Source: Candidatus Latescibacterota bacterium (GTDB lineage: Bacteria > Latescibacterota > UBA2968 > UBA8231). From it: a stretch of DNA of 64,000 nucleotides. Under the pieces are notes generated by a model. That model did not search any database, was not told where the DNA came from, and saw only the letters and a program-made list of their open reading frames with translations. Numbering within the stretch: position 1 is the stretch's first letter; each line of letters begins with the position of its first letter. The stretch covers positions 5,408,001 through 5,472,000 of the forward strand of contig OZ244561.1 in the NCBI GenBank assembly GCA_965217585.1, given 5' to 3'. Made by a program: the position numbers and the translations under genes. This document shows, piece by piece, positions 51,637-61,666 of this stretch.

Positions 51637-52332
51637 ATGCGTTGGATACTATGGATTTGGCTACCGACGATCCTGCTGGCAACAGGCGGGGCCGAGGCAA
51701 CTATGGAGACAGAACAGGTGCGGGGGCTGCTGGAGAAGATGCAGGCCGAAGAGGCGTGGGGCGAAGCCGTGTTTACCGATGGCCGGGTGCGCTCGTTGCG
51801 CGTGGAGGAGATTGAGGCGGATTCGGTGGCGGTCGTCGAGGTCGTCGGTGCCTTGCAGGAGCGGGAGGCCGCGTATGCACTGGCTGAATTTCGCTCGTTG
51901 CGCACGCTGGGGACGCATCGCATTCAGTCGCGCCGCGCCGCGTTCCAACAGTCAAAGTCCGGGCTGTTGGCCTTTCTGCTAGAAGTAACACCGCTGGCCG
52001 TAGGTCCGGGGTATTATTTTTCTAGCTACGAAGACCCGAGGTGGCTAGCACTGATGTGGCTGGGAGGTCCGGGTTATTTCTATATTGGGGAGCACAAACA
52101 GGGGCTCGCACTCATGGGCTTGATGACAGCGGCTATGGGAACGGCCATTCTGACGGGCGAGGAGGGCGCGGCCGGTTGGGTGCCTCTGGCCGCGTGGATC
52201 AAGATCGCGTCGTTGTTCCATCTGCGCGACCAAGTCCAAACTATCAACAAGTTGGCCAAGAACGTAGAACTGGGCGCTTTGCCCGGGCGCGAATCCACCG
52301 TCCCTGCCCTGCGGCTGAAGCTGTCTTTTTAG
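51637..52332 (+). CDS. Hypothetical exported/membrane protein
   Basis: GAGG SD, signal peptide, hydrophobic GPGY-containing segments. Confidence 0.65.
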   Translation: MRWILWIWLPTILLATGGAEATMETEQVRGLLEKMQAEEAWGEAVFTDGRVRSLRVEEIEADSVAVVEVVGALQEREAAYALAEFRSLRTLGTHRIQSRRAAFQQSKSGLLAFLLEVTPLAVGPGYYFSSYEDPRWLALMWLGGPGYFYIGEHKQGLALMGLMTAAMGTAILTGEEGAAGWVPLAAWIKIASLFHLRDQVQTINKLAKNVELGALPGRESTVPALRLKLSF

Positions 52333-52376
52333 CGGCTGCAAGAGGGGCCGTGCTGGCCCTGTGTTTGACTGGATAG

Positions 52377-52403
52377 ACCGGCCCTTGCGGGGGCCGGTTT
52401 TTT
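52377..52403 (+). terminator. Intrinsic terminator between convergent genes
   Basis: ACCGGCCC..GGGCCGGT stem followed by TTTTT. Confidence 0.7.
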
Positions 52404-55400
52404 CATGCCCTCCAGACGCGGCCGATCCAAGCTCTTAGATCCATGGCCAAGCTGAGGAAGGTAGGCACTAGGAAGAGCGTGAATAGCGTGGACAGCATCA
52501 GGCCGCCGATGACGACGCTGCCCAAGCCTCGGTAGAGTTCGGAGCCAGCACCGGGGAAGACGACCAGTGGCAGCATCCCCAAGGCACTGGTAATCATGGA
52601 CATGAAGATCGGCCGCACGCGGCTGAACACTGCGTCGCGGATGGCCTCTTTGATCGGGGTTTGAGGCGCGTCGCGCAGGATGTTGAGCGTCTGGTGGACG
52701 ATGAGGATGGCGTTGTTGACCACCACGCCGACGAGGATGACGAAGCCGAGCATGGTGAGGATATCGAGCGGCTGATAGGTCAGCGTGAGGTTGACGACCT
52801 CCAGCCCGAGAATGCCGCCGGCCAATGCCGGGGGTACGCTGAGCATGATGACGAATGGGTAGAGGAAGCTCTCGAAGAGCGCGGCCATCAGCAGATAGGT
52901 AATCACCAAGGCCAACAGGAAGTTCCACTGGAGGGCTTGGCGAGTGCGCCGCAAGTCGTCGGCCGAGCCAGAAAGCTGGATCTGGTAGGGCGGGGCCAAC
53001 TCGCCCGAATCGATGAGGGGTTGGACGATCTGGGCTTGGATAGAATCGAGGGCCGTCTCCAAGGGAATGGTTTCCGGCGGGATGACTTGGACGGTAATGG
53101 CCCGGTTGCGCTCGATGTGGTTGATCTGCTCGGGGCCGGTGGTTACTTCGATGCGGGCCACGGCGCCGAGTGGCACCAGTTGGCCGCGCGGGGTGTAGAT
53201 GGGCAGGGCCGCAATGTCCTGAGTGCGGAACCAATCCTCCTCGCCCCGCAGCACCAAGTCGATCTCCTCGCCTTGAAACTGATAGCCATCGATGAGGGCA
53301 CCGTCTAATAGCGCGTTGACCGCCGAGCCGATGTCCCGGGCCGAAAGCCCGCTATCGGCGGCGCGCACCCGGTCGGGGTGGATGCGGACTTCTGGATTGC
53401 CCAGGTCGAGGCTGGGAATGGGGCGGGCTTGGGCACCGGGCACGACTTGGCTGACTTGGCCAAAGACCCGCCCCCCCAGCCCGATGAGGCGGCCCAGATC
53501 GGGACCGGTGATCTCGATGTCGATGGCCCGTCCGCTGCCCCCGCCGCGCTGGAAGAGGCTCGATTGCTGCACGATGGCGAAGGTGCCGGGCACCCCGCCG
53601 AAGACCGGCCCTTGGATGAGCGGAATCAGCTCGCGCACCCGCGCCGGGTCGGCCGAGCGCGCGCCCATGAAGGCCGAGCGCCCAAAGGCCACGAAGAACA
53701 TGTTGTCAACCGGCGGCCCCGATAGCGCTTGGGCTTGGGGGCTGTCGGGGGCCGCGGCCGCTTCCCAGTGGGGCCGTAGGACGTCCTCAATGGTCTGGCC
53801 GACTTGGATCAGCTCGTCGAGGTTGTAGCCGGGCGGCGGCAAGATGATGCCGAAGACTAGGTTGCGATTGCCGGTGGGCAGGTATTCGGATTTGGGCAGC
53901 AGGGTCCAGGCGATGCCCAGCGAGAGGCCGATCAGCCCGGTGATGACTCCCAAGCGCAATGCTGTGCTGCCGCTGATGTGGAAGACGCTTTGGGCGATAA
54001 AGGTCCGTACCCGGTCGCCCCAAGCGGCCAGCGTATCCCCGCGCTGCTTGTCGCTGCCGAGAATTTTGTTGGCTAGGCTGGGGATGACGGAGATGGCCAC
54101 GACCAAGCTGAGCACCACCGAACAGGAGACCGCGATGGCGATGTCGCGGAAGAGCTGACCGGCCTCGTCCTCGACGAAGACGATGGGCAGGAAGATGGCC
54201 ACTGTGGTCAAGGTGCTGGCTAGGAGCGCCCCCCAGACCTCCGAAACCCCGTCCAAGGCCGCGCGGGCGCGGGTTTTGCCCATCTGCTGGTGGCGGAAAA
54301 TGTTTTCGAGCGCGACGATGGCGTTGTCGATGACCATGCCCACCGCAAAGCTCATCCCGGCCAAGCTAATGACGTTGATGTTGCGGCCCAAAAGCCACAT
54401 GGCCAAAAAGGTGCCGACGATCGAGATCGGGATGGCCGTGGCGATGATCGCCACCGAGCTGACGCTGCGCAGAAAGATAAAGAGCACCATCACGGCCAGC
54501 GCGCCGCCGACGATGATGTTGGAGCGCACCAAGCCGATGGCGCTTTCTATGTAGTCGGTCTCGTCGTACACCTGAGTGAGGGAGAGGCCCTCGCGGGCCA
54601 GCGGCCCCTCGTTGAGTTCCCGGATGGTGCGGCGGATGCCGTCCATGACTTCGAGGACGTTGGCCCCGGTCTCGCGCTGGGCGTTGATGGCAATGGCGGG
54701 TCGGCCCTTTTGCCGCACTGCGGCCCCGGCGCGGACGTAGCCAAGGCGGGTGCGGGCGATCTCGCCGACGGTGACGCGGGTGCCATTGGCCGAGCGGACG
54801 ACGACCTGCTCGATGTCGCTGGGCTGTTGGTACTGGCCGACGGTGCGCACGATGTAGCGGCGCTTGCCCTCGTCAAAGGCCCCAGCGCTGGTATTGGCGT
54901 TTTCGCGGGTGAGGGCCTGGGCTAGGTCTTGCACGGTGAGCTGGCGGGCGGCCATAGCCTGCGGATCGACGATGACCTGTAGCTGGCGGTCGTAGCCGCC
55001 ATAGACGTTGCTGCGGGCCACGCCGGGCACGCGCTCGAGGGCGGTTTTGACGACTTCCTCGGCGTAGTCGCGGTAGCGCTCGACATCCCGTTCGTCGCGG
55101 TCGGGCAAGGTGTCGAGGATCAGCCAAGTGATGGCCCTGCCTGGGCCGGTGCCGCCGGCCGAGAGCACGGGTCGCTCGGCGTCGAGCGGATAGCCGAAGA
55201 CTTGGTCGAGCTTGTTGGAGACCAACAGCAGCACTGCGTCTGGATCGACGCCGACGTTGAATTCGAGGGAGACGACCCCGCGACTGTCGTTGCTCTCGCT
55301 GGTCATAAGCACCAGTCCCTCGACGCTTTTGAGCTGTTCCTCTTGGCGCTGGACGATCTCTTGTTCGACTTCTTCTGGGCTAGCGCCCGGCCACAAGGTG

Positions 55401-55543
55401 GTGACCGTGACTATGGGCCGATCGACGTCTGGGGTGAGCTGAACGGGGATGCGGAAGAGGGATATCAGGCCGAAGAGCGCGACAAAGAGCACGCCGACGA
55501 CCACGCTGACGGGCCGCTTGATGGCCGTATCGACTAGGCGCAT
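52403..55543 (-). CDS. RND efflux permease (AcrB/HAE1-like)
   Basis: 1046 aa; PGASPEEVE, GMVIDNAIV..ENI, GVVVNNAIL, RVRPIFM. Confidence 0.93.
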   Translation of the reverse strand: MRLVDTAIKRPVSVVVGVLFVALFGLISLFRIPVQLTPDVDRPIVTVTTLWPGASPEEVEQEIVQRQEEQLKSVEGLVLMTSESNDSRGVVSLEFNVGVDPDAVLLLVSNKLDQVFGYPLDAERPVLSAGGTGPGRAITWLILDTLPDRDERDVERYRDYAEEVVKTALERVPGVARSNVYGGYDRQLQVIVDPQAMAARQLTVQDLAQALTRENANTSAGAFDEGKRRYIVRTVGQYQQPSDIEQVVVRSANGTRVTVGEIARTRLGYVRAGAAVRQKGRPAIAINAQRETGANVLEVMDGIRRTIRELNEGPLAREGLSLTQVYDETDYIESAIGLVRSNIIVGGALAVMVLFIFLRSVSSVAIIATAIPISIVGTFLAMWLLGRNINVISLAGMSFAVGMVIDNAIVALENIFRHQQMGKTRARAALDGVSEVWGALLASTLTTVAIFLPIVFVEDEAGQLFRDIAIAVSCSVVLSLVVAISVIPSLANKILGSDKQRGDTLAAWGDRVRTFIAQSVFHISGSTALRLGVITGLIGLSLGIAWTLLPKSEYLPTGNRNLVFGIILPPPGYNLDELIQVGQTIEDVLRPHWEAAAAPDSPQAQALSGPPVDNMFFVAFGRSAFMGARSADPARVRELIPLIQGPVFGGVPGTFAIVQQSSLFQRGGGSGRAIDIEITGPDLGRLIGLGGRVFGQVSQVVPGAQARPIPSLDLGNPEVRIHPDRVRAADSGLSARDIGSAVNALLDGALIDGYQFQGEEIDLVLRGEEDWFRTQDIAALPIYTPRGQLVPLGAVARIEVTTGPEQINHIERNRAITVQVIPPETIPLETALDSIQAQIVQPLIDSGELAPPYQIQLSGSADDLRRTRQALQWNFLLALVITYLLMAALFESFLYPFVIMLSVPPALAGGILGLEVVNLTLTYQPLDILTMLGFVILVGVVVNNAILIVHQTLNILRDAPQTPIKEAIRDAVFSRVRPIFMSMITSALGMLPLVVFPGAGSELYRGLGSVVIGGLMLSTLFTLFLVPTFLSLAMDLRAWIGRVWRA

Positions 55544-55549
55544 GATGGA

Positions 55550-56560
55550 CTATGGCTGCCGGCGGATGATGCGCACGGCTTGGCCGTCCATCAGTCGCTC
55601 ATTGCCGCGCACCACGGCCAGATCGCCGGGCGCGAGTTCGCCCGTAACGGCCACGTAGCCCTTGTGCGCCAGCCCGGTCTCGACGGGATGGCTGACGGCT
55701 TTGCCGTCGCGGGCGAGGTACACGACCTGCCCTTGTGGACCGGAGACTAGGGCGTCTTTGTGCACCAGGAGCGATGCCTTGGCCTGCGCGATCTGGAAGC
55801 GCACTCGTGCGGACATATTGCTGCGCATCCGGCCGTCTGGGTTGAGGGCCCCGACGACGACCGGAAAGGTGCGGGAGGAGGCGTAGCCCTCGGCGAGGAT
55901 GACGGCCACGCGGCCGGCGATGGGGTCGCCGCCGAGGGCATCAACGGAGATGTCAGCGCGGTCGCCCAAGGCGAGCTGCGGCACGTAACGTTCGGGCACC
56001 TCGACGATCACGCGGACGGTGTCGATGGAGATTACTTGGGCAATCTCGCCGCCGCGCCCGACCCATTGGCCGACCTCGGTAAAGGTCTGGATGATGTGCC
56101 CGGAGAAGGGGGCGCGGACGAAGAGGTCTTCTACTTGGGCCTGGAGACCGGCTAGCTTGGCTTGGGCGCGGGCCAGTTCGTAGGCGTCGTCGCGCAAGTC
56201 TTGCTCGGAGACCGCGTCGGTGGCGCGCAACTGGCGGCTGCGGTCGTGGTTGAACTGGCGCAGCGCGAAATCGGCCTGTGCTTCAGCTAGCGCGGCTTGA
56301 AGCGGATCGTTGGCTAACTTGAAGAGGGGGTCGCCAGCGCGCACGGCTTGACCGGCTTCCTTGAAGCGCTTGACCACTCGCCCCTCGGTCTCGGTGGCGA
56401 CGCGGCTGGAGCGCCGGGGCTGGATGCGTCCGACAAAGGAGAGGTCTTCGACGAGCGGTTGTTCGAGGACTTCGGCGACGATGACCGGCGTTGGCGGACG
56501 CTCTTGGCTTAGGAGCGCGCTGGGCAGCAAGGTCAGGAGCAGGAGGAAGACGAGGAGCAT
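55550..56560 (-). CDS. RND membrane fusion protein
   Basis: EGRV...G..V.AG, VRAPFSG, EVPE, SRTFPV, VETG; start moved to ATG 56560. Confidence 0.88.
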   Translation of the reverse strand: MLLVFLLLLTLLPSALLSQERPPTPVIVAEVLEQPLVEDLSFVGRIQPRRSSRVATETEGRVVKRFKEAGQAVRAGDPLFKLANDPLQAALAEAQADFALRQFNHDRSRQLRATDAVSEQDLRDDAYELARAQAKLAGLQAQVEDLFVRAPFSGHIIQTFTEVGQWVGRGGEIAQVISIDTVRVIVEVPERYVPQLALGDRADISVDALGGDPIAGRVAVILAEGYASSRTFPVVVGALNPDGRMRSNMSARVRFQIAQAKASLLVHKDALVSGPQGQVVYLARDGKAVSHPVETGLAHKGYVAVTGELAPGDLAVVRGNERLMDGQAVRIIRRQP

Positions 56561-56630
56561 TTGGATTTCCTTGGCGGAGTGAAAAAGCGCCAAGAAGGTA
56601 GGAATTGGATTGAACCGGGACAATGGGGCG

Positions 56631-57425
56631 CTACTTGCGCCGCAGGACTGCGGTCTCCCGCACAAACCGCGCGCGGTAGTTCTGACCCCCGCTGGCTCCG
56701 TACTGGTCAATCAGGCGCTCGATGCGACGGATCCGCTCGCCGGTGGGAGGATGGCTGGAGAAGAGTTTTTCTAGGTCGGAGCGCCGGCGTGCTTCCAGCT
56801 TTTTCAGTTTTTCAAAAAAGCGCAGCAGACCGCGTGGGTCGTACCCGGCGGCGATGGCGTAGCGGACGCCGAAGGTATCGGCTTCGCGCTCGTCGTCGCG
56901 GCTGAAGCGGGCACTGCCGAGCTGGGAGGCGATCTGGCCGAGTTGGTAGGGATCTTCGCCGAGGGCGAGGCTGGTGAGGACGTCCATGCCGAAGCGGGCG
57001 GCGAGTTGGTTGGCGGAGTGGCGGCCGACGATGTGGCCGATCTCGTGGGCTAAGACCCCGGCGATCTCAGCCTCGTCTTCGGCGATCAGCAACAGGCCGC
57101 TATAGACGTAGAGATACCCGCCGAGGACGGCGAAGGCGTTTATTTCTTCGGGGTCGTCGAGCACCTTAACATGGTAGTGGATGCCGGGGCGGTCTTCTAG
57201 GGCAAAGGGGATCAGGGCCGCGGCGACGCGCTGGATATAGGACTGGAGGCGGCGGTCGGGATGGAGGCGTTGTTGGTCTTCGATTTGGGCGGCTAGCTGG
57301 GTGCCGAGTTTGATTTCGGTTTCGTCGGGAACCAAGACATAGCCCAGCACGCGGCGGCTGGTGTCGCAGCCGGACGAGAGGGCGCAAGTGGCGATGAGCA
57401 AGACGATAAGGGTGCGTTGGGGCAT
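56631..57425 (-). CDS. M48-family zinc metalloprotease, lipoprotein
   Basis: LSSGC, INAFA..GG, VLAHEIGH, FSR..E.EAD, SSHP. Confidence 0.88.
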   Translation of the reverse strand: MPQRTLIVLLIATCALSSGCDTSRRVLGYVLVPDETEIKLGTQLAAQIEDQQRLHPDRRLQSYIQRVAAALIPFALEDRPGIHYHVKVLDDPEEINAFAVLGGYLYVYSGLLLIAEDEAEIAGVLAHEIGHIVGRHSANQLAARFGMDVLTSLALGEDPYQLGQIASQLGSARFSRDDEREADTFGVRYAIAAGYDPRGLLRFFEKLKKLEARRRSDLEKLFSSHPPTGERIRRIERLIDQYGASGGQNYRARFVRETAVLRRK

Positions 57426-57480
57426 GGCCGTTGGCTTCCTTGCGATGGGTACAGGTTAAACACCAAACAGCTAACGCCCG

Positions 57481-58191
57481 TTACTTTTTCTTTCGCGCGC
57501 CAAACTCGATCACTTTTTTTTGCGGCGAGAGGTTGATTTCGTCGAGTACCGTGCCGTCGCGCGCTGTCAGGGCTTGGACGATGACCTCGGCGACGTCTTC
57601 CGGCAGGATGTAGTTGTCAGAGGCCGGGCCGTGCCGGAAGTCCAATTCGTCGAAAAAGGGCGACTGGACCATGCCGGGGTTGACCAACGTGACGCGGATG
57701 CCAGCGCGGGCGCACTCGGCGCGCAGGGCTTGGGCGAGGCCGCGCAGGGCGAATTTAGCCGCGCAGTACAAGCTGCCTTGGGCCGTGCCGGCGAGCGCAG
57801 CTTCCGATCCCATAAAGACCAAGTGCCCACGCCCGGCTTTTTTGAGGGTGGGCAAGAAGGCGCGGGCGACGAAGACGTGACTGGTGAAGTTGAGGTCAAT
57901 CAGGGCGCGGATTTGGCTGTAGGAGAATTGCTCTAGGGCACCGAAGCGGCCGACGCCGGCGTTGAGGACTAGGGCGTCGAGGGCTGGATAGGCGGCGACA
58001 AGTGCTTTTAGGTGCTCGGGGAGTTCGTCGAGCGCGGCTAGGTCGATGGCATGAGCCTGATAACGAGCGTGGTCGCAGGAGAATTTACCCAAGTCGCGGG
58101 CAATGCCGATGGCGCTATGGCCGTCGGCGAGCAGCTTCTCGCAGATGGCGCGGCCAATGCCGGAACTGGCACCAGTGACGAGGACGCGCAT
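57481..58191 (-). CDS. SDR-family oxidoreductase
   Basis: VTGASSGIG, LNAG, YCAAK, PG.V; start moved to ATG 58191. Confidence 0.92.
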   Translation of the reverse strand: MRVLVTGASSGIGRAICEKLLADGHSAIGIARDLGKFSCDHARYQAHAIDLAALDELPEHLKALVAAYPALDALVLNAGVGRFGALEQFSYSQIRALIDLNFTSHVFVARAFLPTLKKAGRGHLVFMGSEAALAGTAQGSLYCAAKFALRGLAQALRAECARAGIRVTLVNPGMVQSPFFDELDFRHGPASDNYILPEDVAEVIVQALTARDGTVLDEINLSPQKKVIEFGARKKK

Positions 58192-58192
58192 A

Positions 58193-59200
58193 TCAGACCT
58201 GTAGAGTGGTGGAGGGGCAGGGGAAGAAAAGCTCTGCGGGAATGTACTGGAGCAATTGATCCGCGCAAAAGTCGTGTAGCTTTTGGGCCAAGGCGGGCCG
58301 GTAGGAGACCATGCCGTCTTTTTCCTCCAAGCCATAAGCGAGGAGCTTTTCGTCCGGGTAGAGTTTGTGCATGGTTTTGTACATGCCCTGCGGCAGGCGG
58401 AACTGGCCCAGGCTGACTGAGTGCAGGCCGTCGCGGCGGATTTGCGAGAACGCGAGGGCGAACAGGTCGCGGTAGCGCTCCTCGTAGGCGCGGTCGTAGA
58501 TCAGCGGATCAAAGCGCAGCCCAATGGGCCAGCCGCGCTTTTGCAGGGCAGCGATGGCCTCCAAGCGCCGGGCTACTGGCGGTGCGCCGGCCTCGAATTG
58601 ATCGGCTAGGGCCGGAGGGGTCATGCTGAAGGCGACGACGCAGTTGGGCAGGGGCTCGGCGGCGAGTAGGGTCTTGATGCGCACGCTCTTGGTACGCAAC
58701 TCGAAGTACGCCTGCGGGTGGTCGGCAAAGAAGGAGAGGAAGTCGGCTGTAAAGTGGGTAATGCCCTCTAACGCGAGGCTGTCGCAGTCGTAGCCGGAGA
58801 AGAAATAGGGCGTATCGGGTGCGTCCGCGGTGATGTGCGCGGCGATGTCCTGCTGGAAGTCCTCGTAGTTGACAAAGAGGACCAAGTGCGCCGAGCGATA
58901 CAGGCCCTGGAGGAAGCAGTAGCGGCAGTCGTAGGGGCAGTTGAGTAGATGCGAAAAATAGTAATTGCGCTCGCCGCCGATGCCGTAGCCGTCGGGTGCG
59001 GGGAGGACGCGCCGCCCGGCCTTGTGGGCGAGGATGAGCGCGGGGCGGCGCTTTTGCAGGCGGAAGTTTTGCGCCGTGCGGTTGAAGACTTCGCCGTAGC
59101 GGGCACAGGGGACTAGCTGAGCGCGGGGGAAGCGGTCGAGCAGGGCGCGGGTGCGCGGGTGGTCGAGGATGGACTCTTCGGCGTAGATGAAATCGAACAT
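58193..59200 (-). CDS. Spore photoproduct lyase-like radical SAM protein
   Basis: NCPYDCRYCFLQG, DSLALE, ELRTKS, GLRFDP; start moved to ATG 59200. Confidence 0.82.
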   Translation of the reverse strand: MFDFIYAEESILDHPRTRALLDRFPRAQLVPCARYGEVFNRTAQNFRLQKRRPALILAHKAGRRVLPAPDGYGIGGERNYYFSHLLNCPYDCRYCFLQGLYRSAHLVLFVNYEDFQQDIAAHITADAPDTPYFFSGYDCDSLALEGITHFTADFLSFFADHPQAYFELRTKSVRIKTLLAAEPLPNCVVAFSMTPPALADQFEAGAPPVARRLEAIAALQKRGWPIGLRFDPLIYDRAYEERYRDLFALAFSQIRRDGLHSVSLGQFRLPQGMYKTMHKLYPDEKLLAYGLEEKDGMVSYRPALAQKLHDFCADQLLQYIPAELFFPCPSTTLQV

Positions 59201-59413
59201 GCTTATACATACGGGGAAAAAAGTCCTCACGCCAAGGAAGGTCTCCCTCACGCACCGTCATTAGAGCTCGCCGGTGAGGTTAAGCCGCGTCACAAAGTGA
59301 GAAGGACAGATGAGATATTTTGCTTGATATTGCGACGTACATTGGGCAATCTCTCCCGAGGCGTATTCAACGCCGAGGGCTAGCACCCTACCTATAGGAG
59401 AGGGATCGGCAGG

Positions 59414-60319
59414 ATGGGGATCGGGATACTGTGCATGCTGGGGGTGTTCGCGTTGTGGAGCGTCATCCCGGTGCTGGTGAAACTGCTATTTCCCGTTTTC
59501 GATCCGTTCACGATCGCCTTTCTCCGGTTGCTGCAAGGAGCGGCGGTCGTGTCGGTCGCCTTTTTCGCGCGCGGCCATACCCTGCGGGATATTCAATGGT
59601 CTTGGTGGCATGTGATCGGAGGGCTGGGCATAAGCCTGAACTTCTCGCTCTATGCGTTGTCGCTGAGTTATACCACGGCCAGCGCTGGCTCGTTGGTCGT
59701 CCAGGTGCAATACGTCGCGCTGACGGTGCTGGCCGTCGCCGTGCTGCGCGAGCGGTTGGGCGCGGGGAAAATGGCAGGTATGGCGCTGGTGCTGGCCGGA
59801 GTCGCGGTGGTCGTGGGGGCGCGCGAGGATGTGGGCCACCTGTTCGCACCGCGCTATGTACTGGGCAATGTGCTGATGCTGTTCTCGGGGCTGGGCTGGG
59901 GGATATACGCGCTCGCCAACAAGGCACTTGCGCAGCGGGCGGGGACCGCGGCGATACTGATCCCAATGATGACAATGGGTGTGGTGGTCACGGGCGCACT
60001 CGCCGCGACCCATTTCCAACTTCGCTCGGAGCCGACGGCGGACACGTGGATTGTGGTGCTCGTGCTGGGCGTGTTGGCCACTGGCTGTGCGTTTGTTTTG
60101 GTCTCGGAGGGCATGAAGCGGTTCAGTGCCGTGCTGGTCGGTACGCTGACCGCTACGACGCCCATCGGGCAGATCGCGCTGGCCCACTGGGTCTTGGGGG
60201 AACCAGTGACTTGGAGCCTGACTGGCGGTGGGGTTTTGATCTTGGCCGGCGTGCTCGGCATGGTGTACGCCGAGCGATTCCAGGCCAGACAGCGAGCTCG
60301 CGGCTTGGATCTCGCTTAA
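59414..60319 (+). CDS. DMT/EamA-family transporter
   Basis: About 10 TM in two EamA repeats (FLR, YT.A, LRERL, LGEP). Confidence 0.88.
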   Translation: MGIGILCMLGVFALWSVIPVLVKLLFPVFDPFTIAFLRLLQGAAVVSVAFFARGHTLRDIQWSWWHVIGGLGISLNFSLYALSLSYTTASAGSLVVQVQYVALTVLAVAVLRERLGAGKMAGMALVLAGVAVVVGAREDVGHLFAPRYVLGNVLMLFSGLGWGIYALANKALAQRAGTAAILIPMMTMGVVVTGALAATHFQLRSEPTADTWIVVLVLGVLATGCAFVLVSEGMKRFSAVLVGTLTATTPIGQIALAHWVLGEPVTWSLTGGGVLILAGVLGMVYAERFQARQRARGLDLA

Positions 60320-60342
60320 TACGATATATGGTTCGTTTAGTC

Positions 60343-61125
60343 CTAAGCCACTAGGTGCGCCCGTTCGGGCCGCAGAAGCTCTCTTAGTTTAGCGTCGTAT
60401 TCTTGCTTGGTCGCCGCCTGATTTTCGGGCAGGCCGATCGCGACCCCTGCCGCAGCATAGGTCATAACCAGCGCCTTGCGAGGCTCGTTGTCTATGTTGG
60501 TTGATCCGCCGTGGACCATCGACGTCGTCAGCACGGTCACCTGTCCCGCTTGCGCCAAAACCGGCTGCGGCGCGGCGTATTCCGGCGGCAGGTCCACCAT
60601 TTTGATTCCCTGGACCCCCGGTAGCGCGTCTTTTAGCACTGGATCGGCCGAACGCGCAGCGGCTACGAGGCGGTGGCTGCCTGGCCGGTGCATCATCGGC
60701 GCACGTCGTTGGTTGACGTCGGTCAACCACAGAAAAAAACTGCATACGACCCGCCGTGGCGTCGCGGCCCAATCCTCCAGGCTGTACTGGATATCGGTGT
60801 GCTGGTCGTAGCTGAACTCGCTTGCCGGCTGGGGATAAGAGGCCAGAATCGCCGTCTGGAAGAAGCGGATCGCATCGGCTCGTAGCACTCGTTTGGCGAC
60901 CGCTTCAAAGAAGGGATGCTGGATCAGGTCCAGTAGGGCCGGCTCGTAGTAATTGCAGGTCGCCCCGTAGCGAAAACGCGGTGCCTGGTCCGGTTCGGCT
61001 GCTTTAAAAGGCAGCAGTGCGTCGATGGCGGCCGCGGCCGCGGCGATTTCTTTGGTAGTCAAAGGCGTGTCGATGGTGACAGCACCCCGCTCCTCAAAGA
61101 CCCTTAATTGTTCTACGTCGATCAT
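60343..61125 (-). CDS. PhyH-family Fe(II)/2OG dioxygenase
   Basis: HTD, WLTDV, PGSH, AG.V, HGG..N....R. Confidence 0.8.
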   Translation of the reverse strand: MIDVEQLRVFEERGAVTIDTPLTTKEIAAAAAAIDALLPFKAAEPDQAPRFRYGATCNYYEPALLDLIQHPFFEAVAKRVLRADAIRFFQTAILASYPQPASEFSYDQHTDIQYSLEDWAATPRRVVCSFFLWLTDVNQRRAPMMHRPGSHRLVAAARSADPVLKDALPGVQGIKMVDLPPEYAAPQPVLAQAGQVTVLTTSMVHGGSTNIDNEPRKALVMTYAAAGVAIGLPENQAATKQEYDAKLRELLRPERAHLVA

Positions 61126-61220
61126 AGCTCCTTCCTTTCCAAAGCGGCTGTCAAGCTAGGCATGGACGGTCGAACGGGATACCCGCCAGAGCCGGCAGAC
61201 CCGTTGGAGCCCATAGCGCT

Positions 61221-61327
61221 GCCGTAGCGGTCGCAGGGGACTTGTTGGGCACGGGGAAGCGGTCGGGTAGGGCGCGGGTGCGTGGGTGGTCGAGGATGGA
61301 ATCTTCGGCGTAGATGAAATCGAACAT
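61221..61327 (-). pseudogene. Frameshifted duplicate of the first ~36 codons of the SplB-like gene
   Basis: Reads MFDFIYAEDSILDHPRTRALPDRFP; aligns with 59093-59200 with one 1-nt deletion. Confidence 0.85.
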
Positions 61328-61348
61328 AGCTATATGCTGTCAGCCAGT

Positions 61349-61666
61349 TCAGGGAGTGCTTGTATTGCCCGATAGTTTGGCCGCTAGCACATGGGCCGGC
61401 ACGACTTTGACAGCATTCATCATTTTTCCCATAGAACCTTTTAGAGTACCTGATAAACGGGTTTTCAGACGACCAAAAATTCTATAATCCTTCCTTTTAT
61501 ATGGGCCACTGACGACGAGCCAAAAATCGTATCTTTTATTTTGTAGGAGAAGCTCTACATCGTTATATGCAGTACCCAAGCGGCATAGTACGAGCATTGA
61601 TCCATAAACTTTCAGTTTGTTTTCTTGGAGGATACATTTATCGACAAACTCAGCGAGTGTGATCAT
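61349..61666 (-). CDS. Small hypothetical protein, coupled downstream of ATPase fragment
   Basis: AT-rich ORF with 4-nt overlap to the ATPase stop; may be a fragment. Confidence 0.45.
   Translation of the reverse strand: MITLAEFVDKCILQENKLKVYGSMLVLCRLGTAYNDVELLLQNKRYDFWLVVSGPYKRKDYRIFGRLKTRLSGTLKGSMGKMMNAVKVVPAHVLAAKLSGNTSTP

Noticed and set aside
52403-56560. RND/MFP pair without a TolC gene
   Set aside because: The outer-membrane factor is commonly encoded elsewhere
59431-60354. 307-aa alternative-frame ORF over the EamA gene (likewise 58509-59261 and 52329-53234)
   Set aside because: Arg/Pro/Gly-rich frame artefacts of GC-rich coding sequence
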